Shown here: one piece after another, positions 25,701 through 38,100 of the stretch
Position numbering within the stretch: the first letter of the stretch is position 1
Layout of the letters: the number at the start of each line of letters is the position of its first letter
DNA from: Enoplolaimus lenunculus
Taxonomy: Eukaryota
DNA: 64,000 nt
Assembly (NCBI GenBank): GCA_030248215.1
Contig: JASANG010003696.1
Span: 124,001 to 188,000 of the forward strand
Direction of reading: 5' to 3'
Notes under the pieces: generated by a model
What the model was told of the DNA's origin: nothing
Seen by the model: the letters and a program-made list of their open reading frames with translations, nothing else
Databases searched by the model: none
Program-made: the position numbers and the translations under genes

Positions 25701-28700
25701 CTACCAGCAAGGCGTGGATTGGCCACTTTTTGCACGTATGCAAGTATACACACAAACTGCCTCATTTATAAGAGTCGAGAGCGACGTGGCCTAATTTAAA
25801 TTTTATTTGTAAAATACACATACGTTTAATAATTGTTGCTGATATATCGCCAAGTCGTTTAACAATTATAGGTTAAAGTTTAATTTTGCAGGAGTTGGAG
25901 TGTATTTTCGACGCAAAGCAAGTCAAATCAATCGGAGTGTCAAATTTCAATCAGTCACAACTTCAAAGAATAATTAGCCATTGCCGCATTCCACCGTCTG
26001 TACTCCAGGTATATATTGCTGTACGCAATCATGAATGAAACCAGCAGGGTGCAACCGGAGGTGAGAAATACAGAAACCAGACGCCACGAAAGCTTTTCGA
26101 AGCCTGAAATCATAGCCTGAGGCGAAGAAAAATGTGGTACTGATAAAATCTACGGCCAATGTTACTTTAAGGGGCGTAACAGCAGATTAAGCGTATTCCT
26201 AAGCATAAGCCTAAGCCTAAACGTTGCAAAATGAGTTCTTAAGCCTAAGCGTAAGCCTAAGCAAAAAAATGTAATCTAGAATCTAAACCTACTCTTTTAT
26301 AGACCCACCCACCAGAAACCTGGACGCCCGTTAAAGTAACATAAATGTATGATGTGTTGTGACTTGTCAGGCATTATGTGAAAAAAATCCATCGAAATTG
26401 TCAAAATTCCGGTAAAACAATTCTCCTAAATGTTCCTTTACATATAGGACAAATTGTGCGATATTTCAGAAATACTGTCCAAAATTTAACACAGTTATGT
26501 ATTACTCCAAAGAAAATTTAGACTTTATTTCATAAAACGATTAAGACAAACATTTCTGAAATATAATTTTAAATGTCTGAAATATAAGACTACTTTTGGT
26601 ATTTTTTCAGACATATAAAGTGTCAAAAGTAAAGTTAATCTAGGAAAGCCGACTCCAACACTTGGAGCTGAAGCTACAACTGAATTGGACTTTTACAATC
26701 TAAGATACGTCCGAGAACGACATGTAAACTTAGGTTGGGGGTGCTTGAACTCAACGCAAAATATTCTTAACATTCGTCTACTTTTATATAAACTTTTAAG
26801 AATATTAGCGTAGCAATTCGTTTTAATATGGCAGCAGTAATTTCTAGAATATAAGACATTTATGTTTAATCATTTCAGACCTACGAATTGCTGAGCTGTT
26901 TATAAGACTATTAATATTTAGAATTTTAGACATTTTAGTTTTACAAATTGTAAAAGTAGAGTCTTGAAATTTTAAGACCTTTTTGTGTCTACACTGCAAA
27001 AAATGGTGCGTCAAATTGACTCTCTACGAAATAGGTTTTTCCTGACTACACAAACTGAGTCAAAATTTCACTCCTCCAGAATCCAGTTCGACTCAATTTG
27101 ACTCTGACAAAGTCGAATTTTGACTCAGTTTATGTAGTCAGGAAATGCCTATTACGGAGAGAGTCAATTTAACTCACCATTTCTGGCAATGTAGTTAAGA
27201 GTATAACATTTTTACCTGCGAGAGCGGTAATTTTAGAAAATGTTTTGACTTGTGTTAGGCTGTAGGGTATTACTGTCGCCCGCACAAATCGCATTTCTGA
27301 CGTTCTTTTCTATGATACGATAGCAAAACTTGGTGAAAACTTAATACGTATACAAATTTGCTATTTTATACGAAAATACTTTAATCTGATTGTAAACGGA
27401 TAGTAAAAATAACGGAAACCGCACCGATTTTTACCGGAAACGGAAACGAATATCCGGTCACACCCTGACTTTCATTAATTCTTTTTATTACATTTAGGTG
27501 GAATGCCACGTCCATTTTCCACAAACTAAACTGAAACAATTTTGTGACCACAACAACATTGCAATGACAGCTTATGGACCACTTGGATCTCCAAAAGTTT
27601 CACATGGTCGAAGTGGAAGGTAGCTAATTTTATTGGCTCTTAAAACGTTCACTGTCAAATGTCGACGAGTTAATTAGTCAACTCAGAGAGCGAATTAGTC
27701 ATGTCTGGTTATTTTTGAGTTAGTAACGGAAAACATCAACCCGTTCTGAGCAGATTTTGATTCCGGGCGAGCTAAACTCAGAATGAGTTTAATCAACTCA
27801 GAATTCTGAGTTCTTCAATGCCTGATTCAGAGTTCAGGCTTCTGAGTGGATTCAACTCATTCTAAGTTCAAATCAACTGACTGGAATTTTAGAATGATGT
27901 GGTTTAAGGAAATGAATTTACAGTGAATGAAAAATATTAAATATAGTTCCCGTGGTCTAGTTCGTGAACGAACAATAATTAATTTACGTAGAAACATATT
28001 TCTTACACCATCATACATCATACGTCCTGGAATTTTTCCCAACAAGGAAATAGGTTAGGCCGAAGCTTAGGCTTTGAGATTCTCACACAAATTTAAAGTT
28101 TCAGATTTTGTTCAGTATACTAGTGATATGCAATGTCAAATTTCCTCATCGCATCGAGTGTTTTGGTAGGGTACATCCGGAAGTCTGCTTCCGTCTCTGG
28201 TTTTATCAGAAAATCAACCTCCGGTTCCGTCCCGGCCCAGGTTGAAATTCGGCAAGAGGTTAGACCAATTTCAGAGGTAAAATTTTGTATAGTGGTTGAA
28301 AATTTATTTCTTTGGTGCGTTTCGTTTCAACCTTTCGTACACGTAAAAAAATATGCGTTTTAATACTAAAGGTTTAACAACACCAATAGCGCATAGATAT
28401 TTGCTCAAATTAGCAAATTAAGCATCATTCTAGCTATGTAATTTTGCCTCACCACTGACTCCAGCAAATTTTGTCGACCTCCGGCTTTGGCTTCGATATT
28501 CTTCATCTTTGGTTGCATCATAATGTATAGAAAATATTTAATCGTGGTCATGTGAACCAAGTTAGGGGCGTATCAGAATTTCCGTCTGGGCAGGTATAAC
28601 CACATGTCAGTAAAAGGAAATTTTTTGCCTCCAAAATCAAGCTGATTTAAGTTTGTTGAAAGTACTTTTTTACTTCTACCTCCTTTAGCGCGTTTCGTTT

Positions 28701-31700
28701 TACTTTTGTCACAATTTTTAGCAAAGAATTTGAGAAATGTCTCAGAAAATGAGCGTAAAAACCAAACTACATAACAACATATTGCAGACATTGGCTCAAA
28801 TTTACTAATTAACCATCATTTTTACCACCTAATTTCGCGTAACCTGCGGTTCCGGCTCTGGTTCCGGCTCCGGCAAGTTTCGATGACATCTGGCTCCGGC
28901 CTCAGCTTGGTGTTGTACACCTCCGGTTGCGCCCTGCCTCTGTTCCTTCTGGCATACGTTCCTGGTATTAATTCGTGTTTTATTTGAAGAAGTATGACAG
29001 ATGAAGAACGGATTGCAGGAACACTTGAGGATCCAGTTATAATTTCAATCGCAACAAGATTAAATAAGACACCTGCTCAGGTAAAATAGTCCTACAGCTA
29101 TAAATGGTACGTCTTTCGGAGCAGATTCCATACTATTTTACAAAATATCTTATAACGACAAGTTCACGCAGTAGAATTTGCAGGCTGACATCCTTTTGGT
29201 TGGAAACGATTTTTTCCGTTACCCCAGCCGGCGTTTGCCATAAAACGGCGGAAAGTTTTGCATATTTGAGCTTCTCATGACCTCATCTGATAATGACACA
29301 CACAAACTTAAATTTATCAAAATTTCGATTTTTAAAAAGCTTTTAAGGTCTTCATTCCGGTTTCGACTTGAATTTTTTTGTCAAAACGTTAGACAACCTA
29401 TATTATATCATTGATGTAGAGCAGTCGAATCGAATGGTGTTTTCTGAAATCAGACAATGGTTAAACAAGTTAAAGTCTAATATCTGATTTCACGCCTTCC
29501 CAAATCACTGGCAGCGAACGAAATCGGTTATTAGGCTATCACTTGTTAACCAATCGTCTGATCGCAGATAGTTTTGCATCATTCGACTCAGCTATGCAAG
29601 CTGCCGCAAATAGTATACAATTCGATTTAACTTTTCGACAAAATAATTTTGCGTTCCGAGAGGTGCCTTGAACCTTAAAAACCAAACTTTTAACAAAAAA
29701 TCTAAATTTGGGAGTAGAAAAATCAAGGGGGGGCCGAGAAACTCAAAAATATTCGCAAAAGTTTTTAAAATACGACCATTTTTGGGCAAACGCCTGTAGG
29801 GTGGTGTATTAACACAAACCCGAAACGTCTCTTGAAATGCAAGATATTCTAAGCGCACTTTCTCGGAAGAAACTACCTCGTAAAGTACGTTTATTGCTTC
29901 GGTGTTATTACTTAACGTAAAAAGAATTTAGGACTAAAACACAAACGTTGAAATGCTCGTGTGATTTGTGTCTATAAAGTTTCAACTTTAAACTTGTATA
30001 TGTTTCAGATATGCTTGCGATGGCTGGTTGAACGTGGAATTTGTCCACTTCCAAAGTCAGCAACACCTGCAAGACTCGCAGAGAACTTTTCGGTAATTTC
30101 TTTGATCAGATTTTAAAAATATAGAATGTAAACAACAGTGCATATAGCTAAAGTTCAATTGATTTAGTGCAATAGTAGAAACCAGGGTGCAACCAGAATT
30201 AATATCAAATACCGGAACTGGAACCGGAAAGGTAAAAAAATACCGGAACCGGAACCGTAAAATAAAAAACACTTGTTACCAAAAATTTATTTTTAACGCT
30301 GTTTATCGCTTTTAATGCTGCAAACGCACCATTTAAAATGCTAAAATTCTGAAACAAATGCAGCAGGTGGAAACATATGATAAATTATGGAGTATGGCAC
30401 AAATTGAAAATTTTGGCAATACACGCTCTCAGACAATTTTAGAGAAATAAACAAGAATGAGAAAAAATTTTAATACCGAAAATATCAGAAAATTTCGGTG
30501 AAAAGCTACTGGATTCTTTACCGGAATCGGATAGTGAGAAATACCGGATTTCCATACCGGAACCGGAATTCTGGTTGCACCTTGGTAGAAACCTACCGTT
30601 ATGCAAAAATACAGTCAAACTAATATTTTCTTCTAAATTTCATATAAATTAATTCAGTTTCGAGGAACGCAAATGTAAGTTTAAAAGCGATCCAGGCTAA
30701 AGAGGATTGAGTTAACCCCGCCAAGCAGTCATTAATCAGCTTTCAATCCCGATGGTGGTATAGTCCCAACCAGAGTGGGATGTGGGTAAGAATTGTTTTA
30801 CCCGACCCGCGCTTTACCCGCGCAAACAAACAAGAATTTTTTACCCGTGGGTATACCCGCGCAAAAAGATCTACCCACGACCCACATTTTACCCGCCCCT
30901 GAAGTTTTACACCAGTATTTTTAAAGAGTGCAGTTGATTTGCACTGTAATGAAGTTTTGCGTTATATAGCTCCAATGAATTTTACACATGAAAGTTTTCT
31001 AGAAACAACAAAATTTCAAACCCAACTAAATAACGCACGGGCCACACTTGACCGGAAATGAAACAGACAATAGCGTAGACTTTCCACCTTAAATGTTTGC
31101 CGCGGGTATATTTACCCGCGTGATAAAAATCGTTACCAGTGGGTATGCCAGCGTTTGAAATACTTAACCCGACTCGCGCTGACCCGCGGGTAATCGCGCG
31201 GTACCTGCGGGTAAAGTCCCGCTCTGGTTCCAATACTGTATAAAATGCCTAACTCACCAATTGCTATATATACAACAGATCTTAACCCCTATTATTACTT
31301 TAGTATACAGCGTTATTTAAAAATAGCCCGGTATTTTTTTAATTTTAGATATTTGATTTTGAAATTGCACAAGATGATATGAACGCAATTTCTAGCATAC
31401 TTACTATTAGACGGATTTTTACGTTTCGTCGGTAAGATACTATTTTACAACCGCAGCGATGGTAATAAAGTCCTACAGCGACCAACCAACGTTGATGTGT
31501 GCGGTAGGGCCAATGTAAAGAACAGGCGCGGAACAGTATTAAAAGCATATTCCTAGGCCTAAGCCTATAAGTCTAAAGCCTAAGCGTACGCTTTTTTAGT
31601 TCCACAGAAAAACGTTCCGCCTCTGATCTTTACATGGGCATGCGGTAGGATAGAGAGCTGATGCTCTTTGAAAAATAATTAACGACTCAATTTGCTACAG

Positions 31701-33181
31701 AGTTACAGTCGCGTTCCAATCGTTAAACGTTTAATGCCACGTGGGACTTGACCCGCGTTTACCCGCGGGCACCCGCGAGTAAACAACTCGGGTTGGGTAA
31801 AAAAGGTCAGCCGCGGGTATACTCGCGGGTAAAGACTTTGTATGACACGGGTGAAAAATTGTAGTATTTACCGTTCGCTAAATCTCTAAGTGTCAATGTC
31901 CAAAACATACCCTTTAACTAAGCTAACTGTGCGTTGAAAAAGCAACAGTTTTCTGCTTTATCTAGTTAGGTTTGAAATTTTGTTGTTTCTAGCAAGTTTT
32001 CATGTGTAAAAGACATTGGAGCTCTAAAACGCCCAAACTTTATTAAAGTGCAAATCACCAGCGGTCTTTAAAGTAATGGTTTAACTTCAGGCGCAGTGTA
32101 AAGGTGGGTCGTGGGTACATCGTTTTAGCGTGGGGAGACGCGTCCGTAAAAATTCTTCTTTGCCCGGGTGAAGCGTGGGTCGAGTAAAAATCCTTGCTCA
32201 CATTCCAGTTTGGTTCAATGAGACGACAAAAAACAATAGTACAAGTTTATTCGGAAACCTAAGCCTCAGTGTAAGGATAAGCCTATGATTAAACTTATAC
32301 CTAAGCCGCTTAAGCAAACATTCGTTTAAAGATAAAGCTTTACTTTAGTGCAGTCCCGAAAAAATTATTACGCACCTAAAAGTAACCTGTGCCCGGATTA
32401 TTATGCAAATGATAAGATTAGGCCCATGTATAGAACAGAGCAGGACCAGTAGTATAAGCGTACTCCTAATCCGAAGCTAAGCCGAGCCTAAAAGCTTAAC
32501 GATGAGCCTATTTCTAAGCCTAATCCTAAGCCTAAGCCTAAGCCTAAGCAAAAAAGTTAGTCTAAAACTTTAAGCTGGACACTATGTTCTATACATTGGC
32601 CGAAAATTTGATATGACATGCAGTTAATTAAAAAATTTAACTTCGTCATAACAATCAGGGTGCAGGAACGAATATTATAAAAGTAACGGAAACAGAAAAC
32701 GGATATTGGAGTGTAATAAAAGTTTCAACACTATTTGTACGTGATTTAGAATTATTTTTGAGCATAAAAATAACCGAATTTTCAGTATTTCTATAACAGA
32801 AACAGACACCGAAATTCACCAAAAACCAAAACAGAAACAGATATCTGGCTATACCCTGGTACAAAACAAGCCGTGTTTATATCGAGGGGGGAAGCATTTT
32901 TAGACACCCTTTTTAGGCTAAACGGCTAAATCCTAATGTCCTGTCGGTTACATTCGGTTATAAATCTTAATTCAAATAAGACAACACAATCTTCCAACTT
33001 TCTAGTTCAGTTTCAACTCAGGATACGCCCTCGGTGCTGGAAGTAAAGGTATATGTGACCTCAATATATACCCTTTTTATTTTGTAACTTTTATAGATGT
33101 ATACAGTCGAAAAATTTTCCATTTTCTGACCAATTGGAAACCGCTGACACTGCGTTCGTTGACGACAACGATGACCAATGA
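22782..33181 (+). CDS. Aldo-keto reductase (AKR1-like); exons 22782-22844, 23565-23741, 24041-24157, 24937-25014, 25892-26008, 27498-27619, 28990-29080, 30009-30092, 31349-31431, 33097-33181; 338 aa
   Basis: Motifs are LQNGITMPMIGMGT, GYRHIDTAHCYDNE, REDLFITSK, YMDCVLIHSP, TWKELE, KSIGVSNFN, QVECH, AYGPLGSP, KTPAQICLRW, LPKSATPARLAENFSIFDFEI and C-terminal NFPF. The catalytic tetrad D/Y/K/H is present. All introns are GT-AG and in phase. Confidence 0.92.
23220..23495 (+). repeat. Degenerate (TTAGGC)n interstitial telomere-like array in AKR intron 1
   Basis: Six-bp periodic TTAGGC/TTTGGT/TTAGGT variants over about 275 bp. Confidence 0.75.
29240..29810. repeat. Dispersed repeat family (probable DNA-transposon derivative)
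   Basis: Blocks such as TTTTAAGGTC, CCAAATCACTGGCAGCG and GTTAACCAATC are shared with ~52510-52830 and partly with ~56895-57215. Confidence 0.55.
30183..30584. mobile_element. hAT-like MITE, family E, in AKR intron 8
   Basis: CAGGGTGCAACCAG...CTGGTTGCACCTTG with perfect 8-bp TSD GTAGAAAC. Confidence 0.85.
30771..31226 (+). mobile_element. hAT-like element, family J (ACCCGCGGGT-rich ends)
   Basis: TIR CAGAGTGGGA...TCCCGCTCTG with flanks GTCCCAAC/GTTCCAAT. Confidence 0.75.
31737..32212 (-). mobile_element. Second family J copy, inverted relative to 30771-31226
   Basis: Reverse-complement similarity along its length (e.g. TTTGAAATTTTGTTGTTTCTAG vs CTAGAAACAACAAAATTTCAAA); flanks GTTTAATG/GTTCAATG. 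Confidence 0.75.
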
Positions 33182-34939
33182 AAAATCGTTATTTATTTGC
33201 TTCAAATTTAACAAATGTCGCGGCCGTAACACTAGTATATGCATATCCATAAACCTAAACCTTAGCATAAACCTAAACTTTACCATACGCCTAACAGTAA
33301 CAATGAGCTTACACCTAAGTGTAAGTCTAAGCAAAAAATTAGTGTAAAGCTTAAGCTTACTCTATTGCAGTCACGGAGAAAAACGTTCTGCCCATAATCT
33401 TTCATGGGCCCAACTTATAAATAAAGCTGAAAAGATTCGATCTCACGCTTGCAAATCAAGTGAATCCTATGAGCCGCGTATCTTCAAAAGAATTTTATGC
33501 AGAAACAATGACCATCCTCGAGTCGCAAGCGAGATTTTCTACTCCATGTAAAGATTAGGGGCGAAACATTTTTCTGTGGACTAGAAAAGAGTAGGCTTAA
33601 GCTTTAGACTCAATTTTTGCGTGGCTTAGGCTTAGGCTTAGGCTTAGGAATATGCTCATTCTTACACTTAAGCTTACGCTTAGGCTTATGCTTAGGCTTA
33701 TTAATGTGCTTATATAATACTGTTCCGCCCCTGTTCTTTACATTGGCCGATTTTGTATACAGCTGGAGTTTCGGCCTGACTTCCCGAGTTTTTGACACGA
33801 GCCTATTAACCGTCATTTCGTTGGTCGCAGTTTTACGAAAAGAAAGCGAATCGACTTAAGCGTGTATCCCCAAAGATGATTTTAATCAAAAACTATATTA
33901 CGTCATTTTCGTTGGCTTTGCTCGCTAAATTTTCTCTTGACAACATGCGTCAACCAATCAGAATTGAGTCCGAATGCAACGGGATTTGATTTTTGATACG
34001 GTTCCTTGAACCCCAGTTGAAAACTTCGTATGTGTCGGTCCGGTGGGTGAAACTCGATTCCTGGATCCAGTGTAACTCAATCTTGTTTACTTAATGTGGA
34101 TAGTTTTAATAAGAGTCGATAATGACTGTTTTTTTACAAAACTGTGCAACTGGGTACATTCTGTGTAGAAAATAATGTAGACAGCGCACGTTGCATTTTT
34201 GGCTTAAACCCCCTTATATTTAGAGCTGGGCTGCAACTTGTGCAAACTATGGTACTTTATGTATCCGGCATCAAAACTGCTTCGCTTATAATTTCCATGT
34301 ATTGCATGTAATAACCACCCCCCACCTAAATAAAGTGGGTCGGCCAAAAAATGCAACGCCCGGTGATACATTGTATAGCATGCAGAACCACAGGAGTTCC
34401 ATACTCTTGTATCATATTGTCTAAATTGTAGCGGTTGAAATCCTTGTTGAAATAAAATTTTTTTACACAAAGTTGAGTTCAACAAATGTCTCAAATTACA
34501 ATTTCAATGGTTTCGCTGTTCATAATTGAATTGAACCTCGACGATCATATTTGCAATAACTCGACACTGATTCGCGGCCAGTCAACGATTGAATTTCATC
34601 GCTTTCTAAGCCTAAAACTATACAAAAATCTGGTTTCTTAATAAAAACAGTTTAGATATTCTTAGTGCCTAACTGTGACACGGTAACATACACACCGTAT
34701 GCATATGTTTGTTGTCGTAGGCCAACGTTTGGTTTAGGCTAAACTGCGACTGGGCTTATAGACCAGTTGTCGTAGGCCATCGTTTGGTTTAGGCTAACTG
34801 CGACTGGACTTATAGACCAATCAGGTTTGATTTTACCGTCGGCCGCAATGCCGATATTAACCAATCAGCCTTTGTTGTTTTGCAATATTTCACAATTACT
34901 ATTTGGCCAAGACCATACTGCTATTTGCACAGAATAAGG

Positions 34940-35105
34940 TCAATTAGTAATTCCATTAGTCTTTTCATTTGTACACTTTAACTGCACCCCTACGCATGAA
35001 AACTTACTATCTTCCACACTCGATCTTCTCCGGTTATTTTGAAGCATCGACTGTCTGTGATACGAGTCTGACTGACAAGATACCGTTCTTTGACCAGCAA
35101 CAGGT

Positions 35106-35149
<44 letters not shown>

Positions 35150-38100
35150 TTCTGGCAGTTCAGCGAAACTCAACGAAAACTGGCACCGTTTACCCAGTAT
35201 CCCTGATTTAGCTGATTTTCGATTTTCGTCCACCGATGTTGCGATTTGTTTCTTGTGCTGTCTGCCTTGTACCTGTTGCGTTTGCGACTTCAGTTGCGCA
35301 GTGTTGTTGCATTGAACAAACGTTTGATATGTTGTCGGTGTTGCCGTTGGTATCGTTCTAGTGCTAACGTCTTCCAACGATGGACTCCCTTCACTTGCAG
35401 ATCGCTTTTGAACAGCTTTATTCGCGACTGTTAATCCTTCGCAACATTCGGAAGGATCTATGCCGTCAGACCCTAGGCGACTACGCCATTTCAACTTTTC
35501 GAAAATAGTTCCAGCACTATTGTGCCCCCGTCGAGAGTTTGCAGCATTGCCACCAGTAGATTGTTTATGCAATTTATTGCAGTTGCAATTATTGCATTTA
35601 CCACCGTTGGTTGACTGATCGATAGTGCATCCACCACATCCGCTGCTGAATACTGAAGACGTTGTTGATGTCTGCATGCGATTTGGTGTACTATGTTGCC
35701 GAATGGGCTGTGGCGCTAGCGTAGTCACGCCTTGAGCGGCACGTCCTAAGACACTTTGACGAGTATTTTTGTGCGGTCGGCAAACTGCAATGTAGACTTT
35801 GGGAAGAAACATACAGAATAGGGTTATTGTTGCATTCAAAGTCAGTGTACCGGTGAGAGCAAATATTCGAAGTGGAACCTGAAAAAATAACAGTCCAAAA
35901 TTCAGCATGTAAAAAAACTAAAGACGACGCTCAGGATTCAACCGGAATTCCTGTTCTGGCCGAAATTCCTGCATTAAAATTCAATTCTTGTTCCTTTTCA
36001 TGCATTTAAAGTGGCAGGAACCGGAATTTTCCTACGGAATTATTAATGATCATTCAAATATTGGAAATTTGTGTTTTTGCAATTAGCTCAAGCCTACCAG
36101 TATAATTCGGTGATGAAAACTGTTTCAAATTCCGGTACTTGTTCCTGTTCCGGTTCGATATAGGTATATCTTGATCTATTTCGAATATATTGCGTTCTGT
36201 GATTTTGACATGCTTTCCAATTCAAAACTTATATGCACTGGAACCTTTGTAAGGACACTACAGGTGACTTGCCCTCATAGAAGATGTCTGTTGGATTTAA
36301 TAGACCAAAATGTTGTATAATTTGTTGCGAGAATGTGCCTAAATTTATCCGACAGCGCGTGAAACCGCCTTCTGAGTCTGGTACGGTCGCTGACAACAGC
36401 AACGGGATTGGCCACAAGCTATTTGCTGTACCTGATTGGTGGCAAAAAATCCAGGCATAAATCCAATCCAAATAATACACGTAGTATACATTGTCACAAC
36501 GATGTATTTCGTTTCGTTAAACGCACCAGGGCATTTGCGTGCACGAAACGCACAAACTGCAGTCATCAACATTAATATTAACGGAAATGCAAGCCCAATT
36601 AGCATATCTTCATCTTCGAACGCCTCGCAAAACCGATACACTGTAACAGTTTGAGTTTCGAAATCAATGTATTCACGTAAATCCGGGGTCGGAAACCGCA
36701 AAACAAGCCAAATACCGTTAATAACACACTGACACAGTAGTAACATTGCGACAATGAATAACTGTGAGCTAGGACTGATATATCTAAGCCGCTGGTTAGG
36801 GGCGCCTCCAGCCGACGCCGCCGGCGCAGATAAGGCAGCACTGCCGCCGTTTAAGTTAAGGCCTAAATTTGTTGTAGATCCATGATTTCGTTGCTCGCTG
36901 CGGCGAAAGATTCTTGCGATTCGATTGGTTTTAGTCAAAATCGCAGCGTAACACATCGTATATCCCATTGAGTAGAAAAATCTATTCAACGCACACATCA
37001 CTACGTTTGGTTTGAGCATAATTGTAAATACGACTAAATACGACAAATAAATGCCAGCCAAAAGGACGTGTGACAGTTCCCGACCTGATGCCTGCAATAT
37101 AGAATGTCAACTGAATAATTATAAAGTTAATTGTCAATGTTAATTTGCGGGGTGAACAGTTAGTATAAGCATATTCTTAAGCCTAAACCTGTGTAAAGTA
37201 AATGGCCAATGTTACTTTGAGGAGCGTAACAGTATTAAAATCATATTCCTAAACCTAAGCCTCAGTGTTGTAATAAGCCAATAGCTAAACACTATGCAAG
37301 CCTCAGCCTAAGCCTAAGGTAAAAAATCACTCTAAAGCCTAAACGTACTCTTTGGAGTCTTCCGAACAAACGATACGCCCTTTTAAAAGTAACATGAGCC
37401 AAGACATAAACTAAATTTATTATGCCGTATTCTGATGTGCAGGTTTTTGCGGCAAGAGCTCGCACCTACGAATTGCACGTGCAAATTTTTGACACAAACA
37501 ACTTGCTCCTGCAACTTCTATGTGCAAACTTTTGCAATGAGAACTTGCAGCAGGTTTTGCGTAAAAATCCATTACAAAACTTGCACCTCAAGTTCTTATT
37601 GCAAAAACTGGCATGCGCAAATGACGGCAGGAAGTTCTTGCTGCAAAAACTTGCACATGTGAATGGAAATTTACACAACTTGGATCAGTCACTTGTACTT
37701 ATGTTATTCCATGGTATGTATACTGAACCATGGCATAATGCGCCCCCCGTTCCGGATGATCGCTTAAAAGTTAACACCTGCATGCAGTACGATTATTAAC
37801 CTCATACAATCTAGTAGAGCTGATACCGGGCTAAACTGTTATATAATTCTCGATAGCTTCTAAAGTCGGCTATTGTACATTGCCGCCCCACAGGCTTAGG
37901 CTTAGCCTTAGGCTTCGCAAGCTTAAGCCTCAGGCTTTAGCTTAATTGTAGGGGAAGGTGTACAAGAGTCCTAAAACCTATATTCGGTGGTGCCAAACTT
38001 CTAAAATACGTCCCGACATGTTTCGTATAACGTCACTGTTGTGCAGGGCACCTATTCCCTACTTTCTGATTTTTTGTACAGGAATATTTAGAAAGTTTTT

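Noticed and set aside
37422..37799. 125-aa ORF in GPCR intron 8
   Set aside because: It is built from TTGCA/TGCAA-rich repeat sequence that is open in several frames and has no recognisable domain.
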